Shown here in pieces: positions 1-9,148 of a stretch of 62,673 nt of DNA. The translations under genes and the position numbers were made by a program. Numbering within the stretch: the stretch's first letter is position 1; each line of letters opens with the position of its first letter. Under the pieces are notes generated by a model that was not told the DNA's origin, searched no databases, and saw only the letters and a list, made by a program, of their open reading frames with translations. The DNA comes from Oscillospiraceae bacterium (lineage in GTDB: Bacteria > Bacillota > Clostridia > Oscillospirales > Oscillospiraceae), in the NCBI GenBank assembly GCA_015067605.1, contig SVME01000001.1, forward strand, positions 1 to 62,673, written 5' to 3'.

Positions 1-1
1 T

Positions 2-232
2 CGATATTCATCGGACAATCAGCGTGAAGAATCTATCGAAGGTCAGCTTCGTGAGAACAAAGCCTTTGCGGAGAAGAACGGCATTGAGATCATCGGTACA
101 TATATTGACCGCGCGTTATCAGCTAAAACAGACAATAGACCCGAGTTTCAGAAGATGATAAAAGACAGCAGCAAGGGTTTATTTGATATCGTTATTGTAC
201 TATACATAAAGTCTTTAATTCTGTTTTGTTAG
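2..232 (+). pseudogene. Truncated serine recombinase (resolvase-family catalytic N-terminus), 5' end outside window
   Basis: Frame from nt 2 reads RYSSDNQREESIEGQLRENKAFAEKNGIEIIGTYIDRALSAKTDNRPEFQKMIKDSSKGLFDIVIV, matching the (YA)RxS..Q / D..S..RP motifs. Similarity breaks where WKLDRF is expected, and the frame stops at TAG 230-232. Confidence 0.85.
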
Positions 233-249
233 GCGAGTGTAATGCATCA

Positions 250-298
250 TGCACCCCCTAAAATGACTTTGCACCCCCTAACGACAAAAGGGGGTTCA
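250..298. repeat. Direct repeat TGCACCCCCTAA x2 plus inverted partial copy
   Basis: Copies at 250-261 and 270-281; AGGGGGTTCA at 289-298 is an imperfect inverted copy. Confidence 0.7.
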
Positions 299-327
299 TT
301 TGTATTAATCTTAGTGGCATTTCTTAT

Positions 328-440
328 TGGTGGAGCCGAGAAAAGAAATCGAACCAATCTAAATGCGGTGCGGATGAGCGCCGCCGGCAAGTGTTTGATT
401 GAGCCGGTCCTTAATTCAATCGATTCCCCTCGGCTCGCCA
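328..440. repeat. Imperfect inverted repeat with arms resembling a tRNA/tmRNA 3' end
   Basis: Reverse complement of 328-355 is GGTTCGATTTCTTTTCTCGGCTCCACCA; 421-440 reads CGATTCCCCTCGGCTCGCCA. No full cloverleaf is present. Confidence 0.6.
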
Positions 441-475
441 TTTGATTAATCTTAAATAGCTGTCTGACAGTCTGT

Positions 476-506
476 CAAAGGCCACCGGCTCAGCCGGTGG
501 CCTTTG
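476..506 (-). terminator. Stem-loop, likely terminator of the degV-led operon
   Basis: CAAAGGCCACCGGCT-C-AGCCGGTGGCCTTTG perfect hairpin just downstream of the 518..952 stop. Confidence 0.75.
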
Positions 507-517
507 CTGTCATTATA

Positions 518-952
518 TCAATACTGTGATGCGCCGAAGGCGGTATTATACACCACCTGTGTCAGCTGGTACGCATAGTTGAACATATTCACATGCTCCG
601 GTGTGTCGCGCTTGATGTTTCCGTTGACACCACGGAAAATTTGTAAGCGCAGCACAAGCTGATTCTTGAGCCGGATATTCATATAAACTTCATTGGTGGA
701 GAAGCGGGTGCTTCTATTCAGCACTCTCCAAGAGGTGTAAAAGCTCCATTCGCAAATCTGATTCTCGTCATCGTAGGTTTTCAGTTCCATGATGTCATCC
801 AGAAAGAAGGACTGGGCTCCGTACTCTCCAAACCTTTTCAGCACAGCAAAGCGCTTTTCCATATTGACATAAAGCGAATCTCCAGCACTGGTGGTAAAAA
901 CCTCTCTGAGATTATGCTTCACCAGCCACTGATTAAAATCATGAGGCATCAT
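518..952 (-). CDS. Hypothetical protein (144 aa)
   Basis: AGGAGG RBS upstream; tightly packed in the operon; no recognised motif. Confidence 0.75.
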   Translation of the reverse strand: MMPHDFNQWLVKHNLREVFTTSAGDSLYVNMEKRFAVLKRFGEYGAQSFFLDDIMELKTYDDENQICEWSFYTSWRVLNRSTRFSTNEVYMNIRLKNQLVLRLQIFRGVNGNIKRDTPEHVNMFNYAYQLTQVVYNTAFGASQY

Positions 953-968
953 TTCTCAGCCCTCCTAA

Positions 969-1409
969 TCACATAAAGCTTGCGATAATGCCAATCACAA
1001 GCAAGAAATACAACCCCCAGAAGCAAGTCATTGCAATACCGGCAATCTTGCCAATCTTACCGAGAACCTTAGCGGCTACACACTTGCCACCAGCGGTAGC
1101 GCCGTAGTACGCGGCCATCTGGTTGGCCTGATCAACCTGCTTCAAGCCGCTGCTGCCCAAAACAATAGAAATAATGGAGGTGATGGGAAAAGAACACATA
1201 ATGGTAGCGGCCAAGCACTTGCCGAAGGCAGAGTCCACTACCGCATCCACCTCGGGGTGGTTCATCGGTGCCGGCTGCATGGTCTGGGGATAGCCCATAG
1301 GCTGAGGGTAGTAGCCATACTGACCGTTATATGCCGGAGGCTGCTGGGGATACTGGTTTCCATGGGGTGCGGGATTCTCCTGAGGATTGTAAGTGTAATT
1401 CTGCTCCAT
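969..1409 (-). CDS. Membrane protein with Pro/Gln/Tyr-rich N-terminus (DUF4190-like architecture)
   Basis: Low-complexity YPQQPP N-terminus, two hydrophobic helices, GGAGG RBS. Confidence 0.75.
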   Translation of the reverse strand: MEQNYTYNPQENPAPHGNQYPQQPPAYNGQYGYYPQPMGYPQTMQPAPMNHPEVDAVVDSAFGKCLAATIMCSFPITSIISIVLGSSGLKQVDQANQMAAYYGATAGGKCVAAKVLGKIGKIAGIAMTCFWGLYFLLVIGIIASFM

Positions 1410-1424
1410 AATAGTGACCTCCTG

Positions 1425-2372
1425 TTAATGATTGATAAAATATGTCTTTAGATATGCGGATATGGCACTGTCGTATTTGACCGTATCCGTAATGCGCAGC
1501 ATAGAATGGTCGCCGGTTTCGTACCACAGCAGGCTTTTGTGCAAACTAGGACACTTCATAAAAAGCTTCTCAGCATTTTCCGGTGTGGAATACTTATCTT
1601 TTTTGCTTTGAATCATCAGAATTGGCTTGTCCATGGTTCCAATCACGTCGATGGGGCCACGCATCATGGAGTGGCCGGTGTAGTGCTTCATCCACCAATC
1701 GACACACTGAAGCACCGGAAATATCAAACGCTTACGCTCAATCAGGTGATTTTTCATGGACTCACCAAAATTGACAAACATACCTTCCGTGACGATGCCC
1801 TTGACCGCCTCGGAGCAATCCGGCGAGGTTATCGCCAGCATACCTGCCGCAGCGCCGATGCAGATTCCGTGAAAGACTAAGGTCTTGACCTTATGCTCGT
1901 CCTGAAGGTACTTCGTCCAAGCAATCACATCTTTACTTTCCTCAAAGCCTACCGTATTATATACGCCATCACTCAGGCCATGAGCCCGGGAATCAACTAC
2001 CAGCACATTAAATCCACTGCTGGAATAGGGGCGGGCAAAATAGTAGCCATAACGCAAGCTTTCAGTCCTGCCAGAGAGAATCATCACCGCTTTGTCCGAC
2101 CCGAAATCGTAATACTCACCGTATAGATTCAGTCCATCACGAACAATATGAACATCCTGCTTGTAGGCATCGTGCTCTTTCTGCCACTGCATTCCCTCTG
2201 CGTCCATTTGAAGGGACTGCTCAGTAGGAATGGGCACAGTACGTCCCCACTGTTCTTTATCCTTCCGCTTCAAGGTAGCCGTGTAGATGCAATGAGCCGC
2301 ATACATGGAAGAAAAAATATGTCCTACAAGGAAGAACAGCAGAAATATCGCAAGTATTATTTCCCACCGCAT
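1425..2372 (-). CDS. Membrane-anchored alpha/beta hydrolase (YqkD-like) with G-I-C-I-G nucleophile elbow
   Basis: N-terminal TM; DSRAHGLSDG motif; HGICIGAA elbow; KKDKY and GDHS candidates for catalytic Asp and His. Confidence 0.85.
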   Translation of the reverse strand: MRWEIILAIFLLFFLVGHIFSSMYAAHCIYTATLKRKDKEQWGRTVPIPTEQSLQMDAEGMQWQKEHDAYKQDVHIVRDGLNLYGEYYDFGSDKAVMILSGRTESLRYGYYFARPYSSSGFNVLVVDSRAHGLSDGVYNTVGFEESKDVIAWTKYLQDEHKVKTLVFHGICIGAAAGMLAITSPDCSEAVKGIVTEGMFVNFGESMKNHLIERKRLIFPVLQCVDWWMKHYTGHSMMRGPIDVIGTMDKPILMIQSKKDKYSTPENAEKLFMKCPSLHKSLLWYETGDHSMLRITDTVKYDSAISAYLKTYFINH

Positions 2373-3028
2373 CGCTTGTTCCTCCCCTTCTTATCCGCCT
2401 CGATGCGTGCATCCAGCTCCGCCCGAAGAGCCAGTACTCTCTGATAGACAAGCTCATTGAGCTGGAGGATTTCCTCTTTGCTGGGTTTATCGGAGCTGAT
2501 GTACTGCGAAAGGTCAATAGCCTCCCCTTTTATCAGGTGGACACGCTTGAAAAAACCGTAATTTCCATCGGAAATCAGAGGCACGATAGGCGCTTTGGCC
2601 TTCAGGGCTATCAAAAGATAGCTGGGATAAAAGGGCTTGATGGTTCCATCATCGGTGTTATGCCCTTCCGGAAAAATCTGTACCAAATGTCCTTTTTTGA
2701 TTTCCTTGATGCTCTTGATTACGAAGCCCATGTTGCGTGTATTCCGGTCGCATCGGATACCGCCCCAGAATTTCATGCCAAAACGGAGCCACGCATTCTT
2801 GAAGGCATGTTCCGAAGCCACCACATACAGCTTTCGGGGGAAAAATACAAACACATTCAGAACATAATCCAGCGGATTGAAGTGGTTCGTAATAATCAGC
2901 GCACCGCCCTTTACCCGCTTCGGTACCCGTTCATTTTCGTAGTAAATCTTGTTCTTAAAGAACAGCCACTTGAAAGGATAGCCGGTGACGACACCAATCC
3001 ATCGAAAAATCTGATAAAAAATATTCAT
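2357..3028 (-). CDS. 1-acyl-sn-glycerol-3-phosphate acyltransferase family protein (PlsC-like)
   Basis: NHFNPLD (NHxxxxD) and IFPEG motifs. Confidence 0.9.
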   Translation of the reverse strand: MNIFYQIFRWIGVVTGYPFKWLFFKNKIYYENERVPKRVKGGALIITNHFNPLDYVLNVFVFFPRKLYVVASEHAFKNAWLRFGMKFWGGIRCDRNTRNMGFVIKSIKEIKKGHLVQIFPEGHNTDDGTIKPFYPSYLLIALKAKAPIVPLISDGNYGFFKRVHLIKGEAIDLSQYISSDKPSKEEILQLNELVYQRVLALRAELDARIEADKKGRNKRCGGK

Positions 3029-4338
3029 TACTTCTTAACTTTACCGATTTGGGTGATGGACTTCGGCAACAGGAAAGATAATGCAAAGGCCGTCATACAA
3101 GCGGCCGCAACAACTAGCGTCAGCACATTCACATGACCGCTCTGCTTCAGGTAGACCAGAATCACACCCGATGCGATACCAGCGGAAGTACCCTCAAACA
3201 AGCCCTGAACAGCGAAGTACATGGATGAAGCTGTATCGCCAGCTCCCTTACGAGCAGCGGCTCTGTTGGAGGGTACGCAGTATGTAACCGAGAAAAATGC
3301 ACCAATGGAGAAGGACACAATCAAGCTGCAACCGATGGCGAAGGGAAACAGCAAGCCATCAGGGATAAACCGGCACAGGCCCATCAGACCCATACCCAAA
3401 GAATAAACCAACAGAATATAGCGATATGCCACGCCCAGACCGAACTTCCGGGTGACCTTGTTATATAGCAGAATCGTCAGAGGCACCGGCACAAAGCAGG
3501 AGGCCATGATAAAGGTCATATTCAAACCAGTGGTAGAGAAGTATTCATTGATGCCACTGAGGAACAACTGTAGGCCGATATTCATAACAAACAGGGTGCA
3601 AAGCCACTTAATATAGGGCTTGTCCTGAAGGGTGAACATCAGAGATTTGCCGAAAGAAGGTTTTGCCTGCGGCTTATGGGAAGGCTGCTGGCCGTCATTT
3701 TCCTTCAGGGTAAACAGCGGAATCAGCATCGTCAGGGACAGGGGCAGGAACAGCAGCGCCACGATTCGGATATTGATACCCATGCTGACAAACGCCGGAA
3801 CCAGTGCATAGCCAAGGCTAAAATAAGCCACGTCGCACACGGACTTGGTGTTGGACAGCAGAGAAATATCCTCCGGCTTTTCTGTAACCTCAGCGAAAGT
3901 GGCGTAGTAGGTAATCATGGTCAGCGTGTAGGCGGTGTAGAACACCAGCAGCATACCGCCAAACCAAATGGTATTCAAGATAGAAGCCGTGGGATCAACG
4001 GGGACTAAGAATAATAGATAGGCGGCAATCATCGGGATAAAGCCCATAACGATTGCGGTTTTTCTCTTGCCCCACTTGGCCTTCAGGTTATCAACAAAAT
4101 GAGAAAGGGGCAAATCAATCAATCCGTCAATAATCTTGGCTGCAACAATCAAGCCGCCCCACAAACCGGCAATGACTAAATCTCGATTGAGATAAGTCCA
4201 TGATTCAATATGGTCAACGAAACCGCCCACCAGCAACGCACTGCACAGGTAGGAGCCCACGATTAGATTGAGCATATTTACGCCCAAGCCAGAGCAGCCG
4301 TAGAGAATAATGCTGCTTTTCTTGGTTAATTTTTTCAT
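3028..4338 (-). CDS. MFS transporter (MelB/GPH-like)
   Basis: About 12 hydrophobic segments; IIDGLIDLPLSHFVDNLKAKWGKRK resembles the GPH-family D-x-x-x-D-x-P...WG[RK]R motif. Confidence 0.85.
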   Translation of the reverse strand: MKKLTKKSSIILYGCSGLGVNMLNLIVGSYLCSALLVGGFVDHIESWTYLNRDLVIAGLWGGLIVAAKIIDGLIDLPLSHFVDNLKAKWGKRKTAIVMGFIPMIAAYLLFLVPVDPTASILNTIWFGGMLLVFYTAYTLTMITYYATFAEVTEKPEDISLLSNTKSVCDVAYFSLGYALVPAFVSMGINIRIVALLFLPLSLTMLIPLFTLKENDGQQPSHKPQAKPSFGKSLMFTLQDKPYIKWLCTLFVMNIGLQLFLSGINEYFSTTGLNMTFIMASCFVPVPLTILLYNKVTRKFGLGVAYRYILLVYSLGMGLMGLCRFIPDGLLFPFAIGCSLIVSFSIGAFFSVTYCVPSNRAAARKGAGDTASSMYFAVQGLFEGTSAGIASGVILVYLKQSGHVNVLTLVVAAACMTAFALSFLLPKSITQIGKVKK

Positions 4339-4361
4339 TTTCTCTTTCCTTCTCTTTAGAA

Positions 4362-5987
4362 TTATTCAAAAGAAATCATCATCAGGCAAGGCAGGCTATC
4401 CACCGGTACGGTGAAAAACTCCGCCCATATCCCCTGCTCACCGGCTGATTCAACCAGCGCTTCCACCTGCTCCGCCGGAACGGATGGACCGTAAAAAATA
4501 GTAATGATTTCTTTTTCATACTGTTTCATAATGCGCTTGACTGTTTGCACAGCCGTTTCCTTCAGGCCTTTACTGATTGCAATCAGTTCCTTGCCGGAAA
4601 AGGAATAATATTCATCCGGGCTGATATCTGACAGGGCGTAGCGCACGGAGCTATCCCGCTTGGCAATGGAAACAACCTGCAGGTTGTTGATGATTTCTGT
4701 CACCCCGTCGACAACCTTCTCCATATCCGCTTCCTCAAAATCCAGCGTCGGAAGCGCTGCGTAACACTCCGCAATGGAGCGGCTATTCAGTACCGTAACC
4801 TGACTTCCGGTATAAAGCTTCTTGGCCTGCATCGCAGCAAGAATTGCATCGGAGCTGTTCGGAAACACTACGATATTTTTCAATTCGCTCATTTCAAAGG
4901 CTTCCAGATAATCTTTCGTGGACACGCCTGCCTCGGCGCAAATCACAATATCCGCACCCATTTCTAGAAACAGCTTCTGAATCCGCCTGTCGCAGGCCAC
5001 CGCTACCACACAATACGCGCCACCGCTTCTTTCATCGGAGCAGAGGATGCGCTTTGACAGCTCCGTATGCTGCACAGTCATGTTTTCAATCTTCGCCGTC
5101 AGAAACTCACCATAGCGATGGCAAAAGGCAAAGACCTTTTCCGGCGTATGGGTATGGATATGGATGCGCACCTTATCCTTCTCTGCGGACACCACCAGCG
5201 AATCCCCCAGCTCTGTCAGCGCCTGCCGGAAAACCTCATACGCAAATGGTTCTCCACTATCCAGCAGCTGCACAAGCAGCTCGGTGCAATAGCCATAGAC
5301 GAAGCGGCTGGTGCGATTGAATGCATCGTAATCCACCGCCGGAGCCTCTGACTTGCTTTCCACAACATCCAGCGACTCGCCATCCAGATATTTCTTCATT
5401 CCTTCAAACAGATATACAATACCTGCACCGCCGCTATCCACCACGCCGGATTCTTTCAGCACAGCCAGCAACTCAGGAGTATTCTCCAGCGACCTTTTCG
5501 CATGGGCAACGAAGGAATCAATGATGTCCCCAACACCCTGACTGCCGTCAAACTCCGCCTTAACCGATTCGGTAGCGTCCTTGACCACGGTCAGCATGGT
5601 TCCCTCAACAGGAGTGGCCACAGACGCATAAGCGTATTCCACACCCTTCTCCAGCGCCGCAATAAACAGCTGGCCGTCCACTACGTCCACATCGTAAAAC
5701 TTCTCAGAAATTCCCTTCAAAAACTGGGATACGATAACACCGGAATTTCCACGGGCTTCAAACACCACGGAACGGGCAAATTTACGGGAAATAGATGGCA
5801 AATCCACCATTTTTTCTCCGATTCCCATCAACCCCTTATGGATTGTGGTAACCATATTGGTGCCGGTATCACCGTCAGGAACTGGAAATACATTCAGTTT
5901 ATTCACAGCCTTGACGTGCTTATTCAGATTTCGAACGGCATAGTCCACCATATTCTTGAAGCCTATACCATCAATCTTTTTCGACAT
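4362..5987 (-). CDS. fakA: Fatty acid kinase catalytic subunit FakA (DAK2-domain protein, YloV-like)
   Basis: LNVFPVPDGDTGTNM, ARGNSGVI, PVEGTMLTV, GVVDSGG, YGYCTE and HIH motifs. Confidence 0.92.
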   Translation of the reverse strand: MSKKIDGIGFKNMVDYAVRNLNKHVKAVNKLNVFPVPDGDTGTNMVTTIHKGLMGIGEKMVDLPSISRKFARSVVFEARGNSGVIVSQFLKGISEKFYDVDVVDGQLFIAALEKGVEYAYASVATPVEGTMLTVVKDATESVKAEFDGSQGVGDIIDSFVAHAKRSLENTPELLAVLKESGVVDSGGAGIVYLFEGMKKYLDGESLDVVESKSEAPAVDYDAFNRTSRFVYGYCTELLVQLLDSGEPFAYEVFRQALTELGDSLVVSAEKDKVRIHIHTHTPEKVFAFCHRYGEFLTAKIENMTVQHTELSKRILCSDERSGGAYCVVAVACDRRIQKLFLEMGADIVICAEAGVSTKDYLEAFEMSELKNIVVFPNSSDAILAAMQAKKLYTGSQVTVLNSRSIAECYAALPTLDFEEADMEKVVDGVTEIINNLQVVSIAKRDSSVRYALSDISPDEYYSFSGKELIAISKGLKETAVQTVKRIMKQYEKEIITIFYGPSVPAEQVEALVESAGEQGIWAEFFTVPVDSLPCLMMISFE

Positions 5988-5991
5988 ATTC

Positions 5992-6924
5992 TCACCCGTT
6001 CAGAATCTCTGTGATGATTTTTTTCTCCGTTGACTGATCCTCCGAAATCTCCTGACCCATAAAATAAACACCAATCATTCCGGGGCCAATATTGGTACCG
6101 CAGCCGGAAAACACATCACTCAGCAGCACCTGTTTAGGATTCAGTCTTTCCTCAATCATGGCCTTCAGCTTCAGGGCATACTCCTGACGGTTGCTGTGAG
6201 AAATCAAAATATACTGATTCTCCAGCTTGACCGCCGCACGCTGAATGTACTGAACAGTCACATCCAGTGCCTTCTGGATTCCTTTTACCTTAGTCAGAAC
6301 AGAAACGTATCCCTCACTGGTACAGTCACCCATGGGTTTCACACCGGCAAAGCTGCCCATAATGGCCTTTCCCATGGTGATTCTGCCACGGCGGGCTACG
6401 AAGATCAAATCATCAATGGGGCCCATCTGATGTACCCGGTTCTTGTTAGCCTCCAACCAGAAAATCACTTCGTCAAAGCTTTTCCCTTCGTTCTTCAAAA
6501 TTTGCGCCTGAATGACCAGCAAGCCAAAGGCTCCGGACATCCGGTAAGAATCGAAGCAGTAAATGGTGCAGTCGGGGTATTCTCGTTTCACCCGCTCCGC
6601 CGCTTGGACCGCTACATTATATGTAGAACTGATTTTAGAGGAGATGGACATACTGAGGATATCAATCCCCTGCTGTGCATACTTCTTGAAGCTCAGGTAG
6701 TATTCCTCGGGACTGGCCGGAGCGGTGCTGACCTCCAGCTTTTTAGAGGAAAGTGCCTTGTAGAAGTCCTCTCTGCTGATATGAGACCAATCCAACGTGG
6801 TGTTGAAATCCCTACCGTCGCTGAAATGGATGTGACCCTGAATATAATCTTCAACGCCAAACTGGTTTCTGATTTCTTCTGACAAATCGCAGGTCACATC
6901 GGCCAAAATTACGTATTTTTTCAC
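5992..6924 (-). CDS. DegV/FakB family fatty acid-binding protein
   Basis: DegV pattern (ILADVTCDL, ISSKISSTYN, FDS, RGRI, GPG). GTG start at 6924 follows a GAAGGGG RBS; the ORF track starts at 6948. Confidence 0.9.
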   Translation of the reverse strand: MKKYVILADVTCDLSEEIRNQFGVEDYIQGHIHFSDGRDFNTTLDWSHISREDFYKALSSKKLEVSTAPASPEEYYLSFKKYAQQGIDILSMSISSKISSTYNVAVQAAERVKREYPDCTIYCFDSYRMSGAFGLLVIQAQILKNEGKSFDEVIFWLEANKNRVHQMGPIDDLIFVARRGRITMGKAIMGSFAGVKPMGDCTSEGYVSVLTKVKGIQKALDVTVQYIQRAAVKLENQYILISHSNRQEYALKLKAMIEERLNPKQVLLSDVFSGCGTNIGPGMIGVYFMGQEISEDQSTEKKIITEILNG

Positions 6925-7100
6925 TCTATCCCCTTCTTTACTGCTCATGGATGCAAACGCAATCCTAAGTCTATAATGAACCCATATTATGATTTACTAT
7001 AACACATCTGCCACAGTTTTTCAACTGATTTCAACAAATTTCCACCTATTGCTTGCAAACAATCCCCCTGCGAATCGACCTTTCATTCGCAGGGGAACTG

Positions 7101-8804
7101 TCATTGTTTCGGCAGCAGTTCCACGCAATCCACGCTTCCCCACGCTCCGGCGGCGGCACGAATCTCGATACCCACCGTCAATGTACCGGTATCACAGGGA
7201 ATCCCCTCAATCATCGGCACCCTCCAATTGGCCCAGCCATCGAGTGTAAAGCTTTGCTCGTAGCGCACACCATCGCTGATGGCATAGATTTTCATTACCG
7301 CTCTCTCCCCTGTATCATCGCCTTGCACATAGGCCGAAAAATCGTATTGCCCCTTCGGCAGAAATTCGACCGTTTGCTCCGCAGTAAACGACACAGACTC
7401 AGCACACCAGAAATGGAGCGAACGGGTTCCCTCCTTGGCGTCGGAGGCTTTCTCCTGATAGTTTACCGTCCCAATCGTAGCTTCGTTGATCCTCCAAGCA
7501 GAGGGGTCCTCTTCTTCAAAGGACGCATTGCTGATATAGTTCCGTATATTGCAAGATGTGCCCTGTCGCAGATACAAAAAGGTCTTCAAAGATGCAAGGG
7601 GGTAGCCATCGGGGTCAAAGAGGGCTGTGGGAACGCAGGCCGTGCCGCCATAGTATTGCCCCGCATCCTCTGGGTCATAGGAGCCAGCAAAGGAGCTGGC
7701 CCAGCCGGCCCCGTATTGCTCTCTTTTTGCCACGATTTCCGTCTGGTTTTCTCCGGAAACGTCAATCCACGCAGGCTCCCAATAAAACACACCCACGCCC
7801 TCATCGCCAAAGTCAACCATGGTCTGAACACATTCGGATATGGCATCCGCCTGCCCCTGAACACTTGCCTTGTAAGCACCCACCTCATTTGAGGTGTACG
7901 CCCATGAGGTTTCCGCAATCATCACCTTTTTACCGCTGATACTGCGAACCGCCGTCAACTGCTCCTTCAAATTCTGGATGCTGCCGTGATACGCAGGGTA
8001 ATAGGATGTGGCAAAAATATCGTAGTCTACGCCGTATTGATTCAAATCACGGGCGTAATCAGCATAGGTTTTTCTTTCGGGATTGGTATAATGGACGGCA
8101 ATCTGAATCCGGCTATCCGTATCACGGACAGCCTGTGCCGCAGTAGCCATCAAGCGGTACACATTTGCCTTTTCCCATTCGCCGCACAATCCGCCTGTGG
8201 TTTCGTTGCCCACCTGAACCATACCGATTTTGATGCCATTATGTTGGATTTTTGTGATACTTTGGGCTGTGTAGTCGTAAATTGCCTGCGTTTTATCTTC
8301 CATTGTCATATTTCCCCAAGCCTTCGGTGCCTGCTGTTTGCCGGGATCAGCCCAAAAATCAGAATAATGAAAATCCACAAGCAACCCCATGTCGTATTCT
8401 GCGCAGCGTTTTCCTAGTTCAATAGCCGTATCCACAGTACAGTTGCCGCCACCATAGCCATTTCCGTTTGCATCGAAGGGGTCGTTCCACACTCGCACAC
8501 GGATGTAGTTGATTCCCGACTGGCTCAGGGTTTTAAGCAAATCCTGTTCGTGTCCATCAAAGCCGTAGAATACTCTGCCGCTGGCTTCGAGGGAAAGTAA
8601 ACTGGAAATGTCCGCACCCATGATGAAATCGTCAGAAATCCCTTCAATTTTAGAAACGGAGATTCCAAGCGGTTCCGGCGTTTCCTGCTTGTCCACCGGC
8701 ACGCCGATTGTCTGAACCGTACCGCTATTATCCGTCTTACCTGCGCAGGCAAATAACAAAACAGTCAATATTAAAACTAATACCATTGTCAGTGTGCGTT
8801 TCAT
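7101..8804 (-). CDS. GH53 endo-beta-1,4-galactanase lipoprotein with C-terminal carbohydrate-binding-like domain
   Basis: GADISS, NYIRVRVWNDP, DFHYSDFWADPGKQ, VQVGNE, AETS and FYWEPAW motifs; lipobox LFAC; C-terminal NASFE beta-sandwich. ATG 8804 follows GGAGG. Confidence 0.92.
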   Translation of the reverse strand: MKRTLTMVLVLILTVLLFACAGKTDNSGTVQTIGVPVDKQETPEPLGISVSKIEGISDDFIMGADISSLLSLEASGRVFYGFDGHEQDLLKTLSQSGINYIRVRVWNDPFDANGNGYGGGNCTVDTAIELGKRCAEYDMGLLVDFHYSDFWADPGKQQAPKAWGNMTMEDKTQAIYDYTAQSITKIQHNGIKIGMVQVGNETTGGLCGEWEKANVYRLMATAAQAVRDTDSRIQIAVHYTNPERKTYADYARDLNQYGVDYDIFATSYYPAYHGSIQNLKEQLTAVRSISGKKVMIAETSWAYTSNEVGAYKASVQGQADAISECVQTMVDFGDEGVGVFYWEPAWIDVSGENQTEIVAKREQYGAGWASSFAGSYDPEDAGQYYGGTACVPTALFDPDGYPLASLKTFLYLRQGTSCNIRNYISNASFEEEDPSAWRINEATIGTVNYQEKASDAKEGTRSLHFWCAESVSFTAEQTVEFLPKGQYDFSAYVQGDDTGERAVMKIYAISDGVRYEQSFTLDGWANWRVPMIEGIPCDTGTLTVGIEIRAAAGAWGSVDCVELLPKQ

Positions 8805-9148
8805 ATATGCACCTCCGTTTCTTTGGCGCAATTGTAGCACATAATCGTATCAATTTCCAGTGATAATTCATTGGTTGGATTTAACTGTGTCAAATTGTGT
8901 CGATAACACATAAGATGTTGTGAAACTTAATATAAGGAGGGATTATGTTGAACAGAATGGTGCTGCTTTTCTTATCAAAGGAAAACACCAGCTATTGCCG
9001 GTAGAGCCATGGAGGTTATACGTTCACCTAAAAAAGAAACCTCCGGTGACAGAGTAGCAAGTCGGTTTGCCAACCGCTTACGACGCAATCAAAGGAGGTC
9101 AAGAAACTTATACGGCTCATTTAGACAATAGAATGGTCTGAACAGCCA

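Noticed and set aside
328-440. Possible tRNA or tmRNA gene
   Set aside because: Only 3'-end-like arms are present; no D-arm, anticodon arm or tag reading frame.
242-445. Short ORFs on both strands over the repeat region
   Set aside because: They overlap non-coding repeats and have no RBS or protein motifs.
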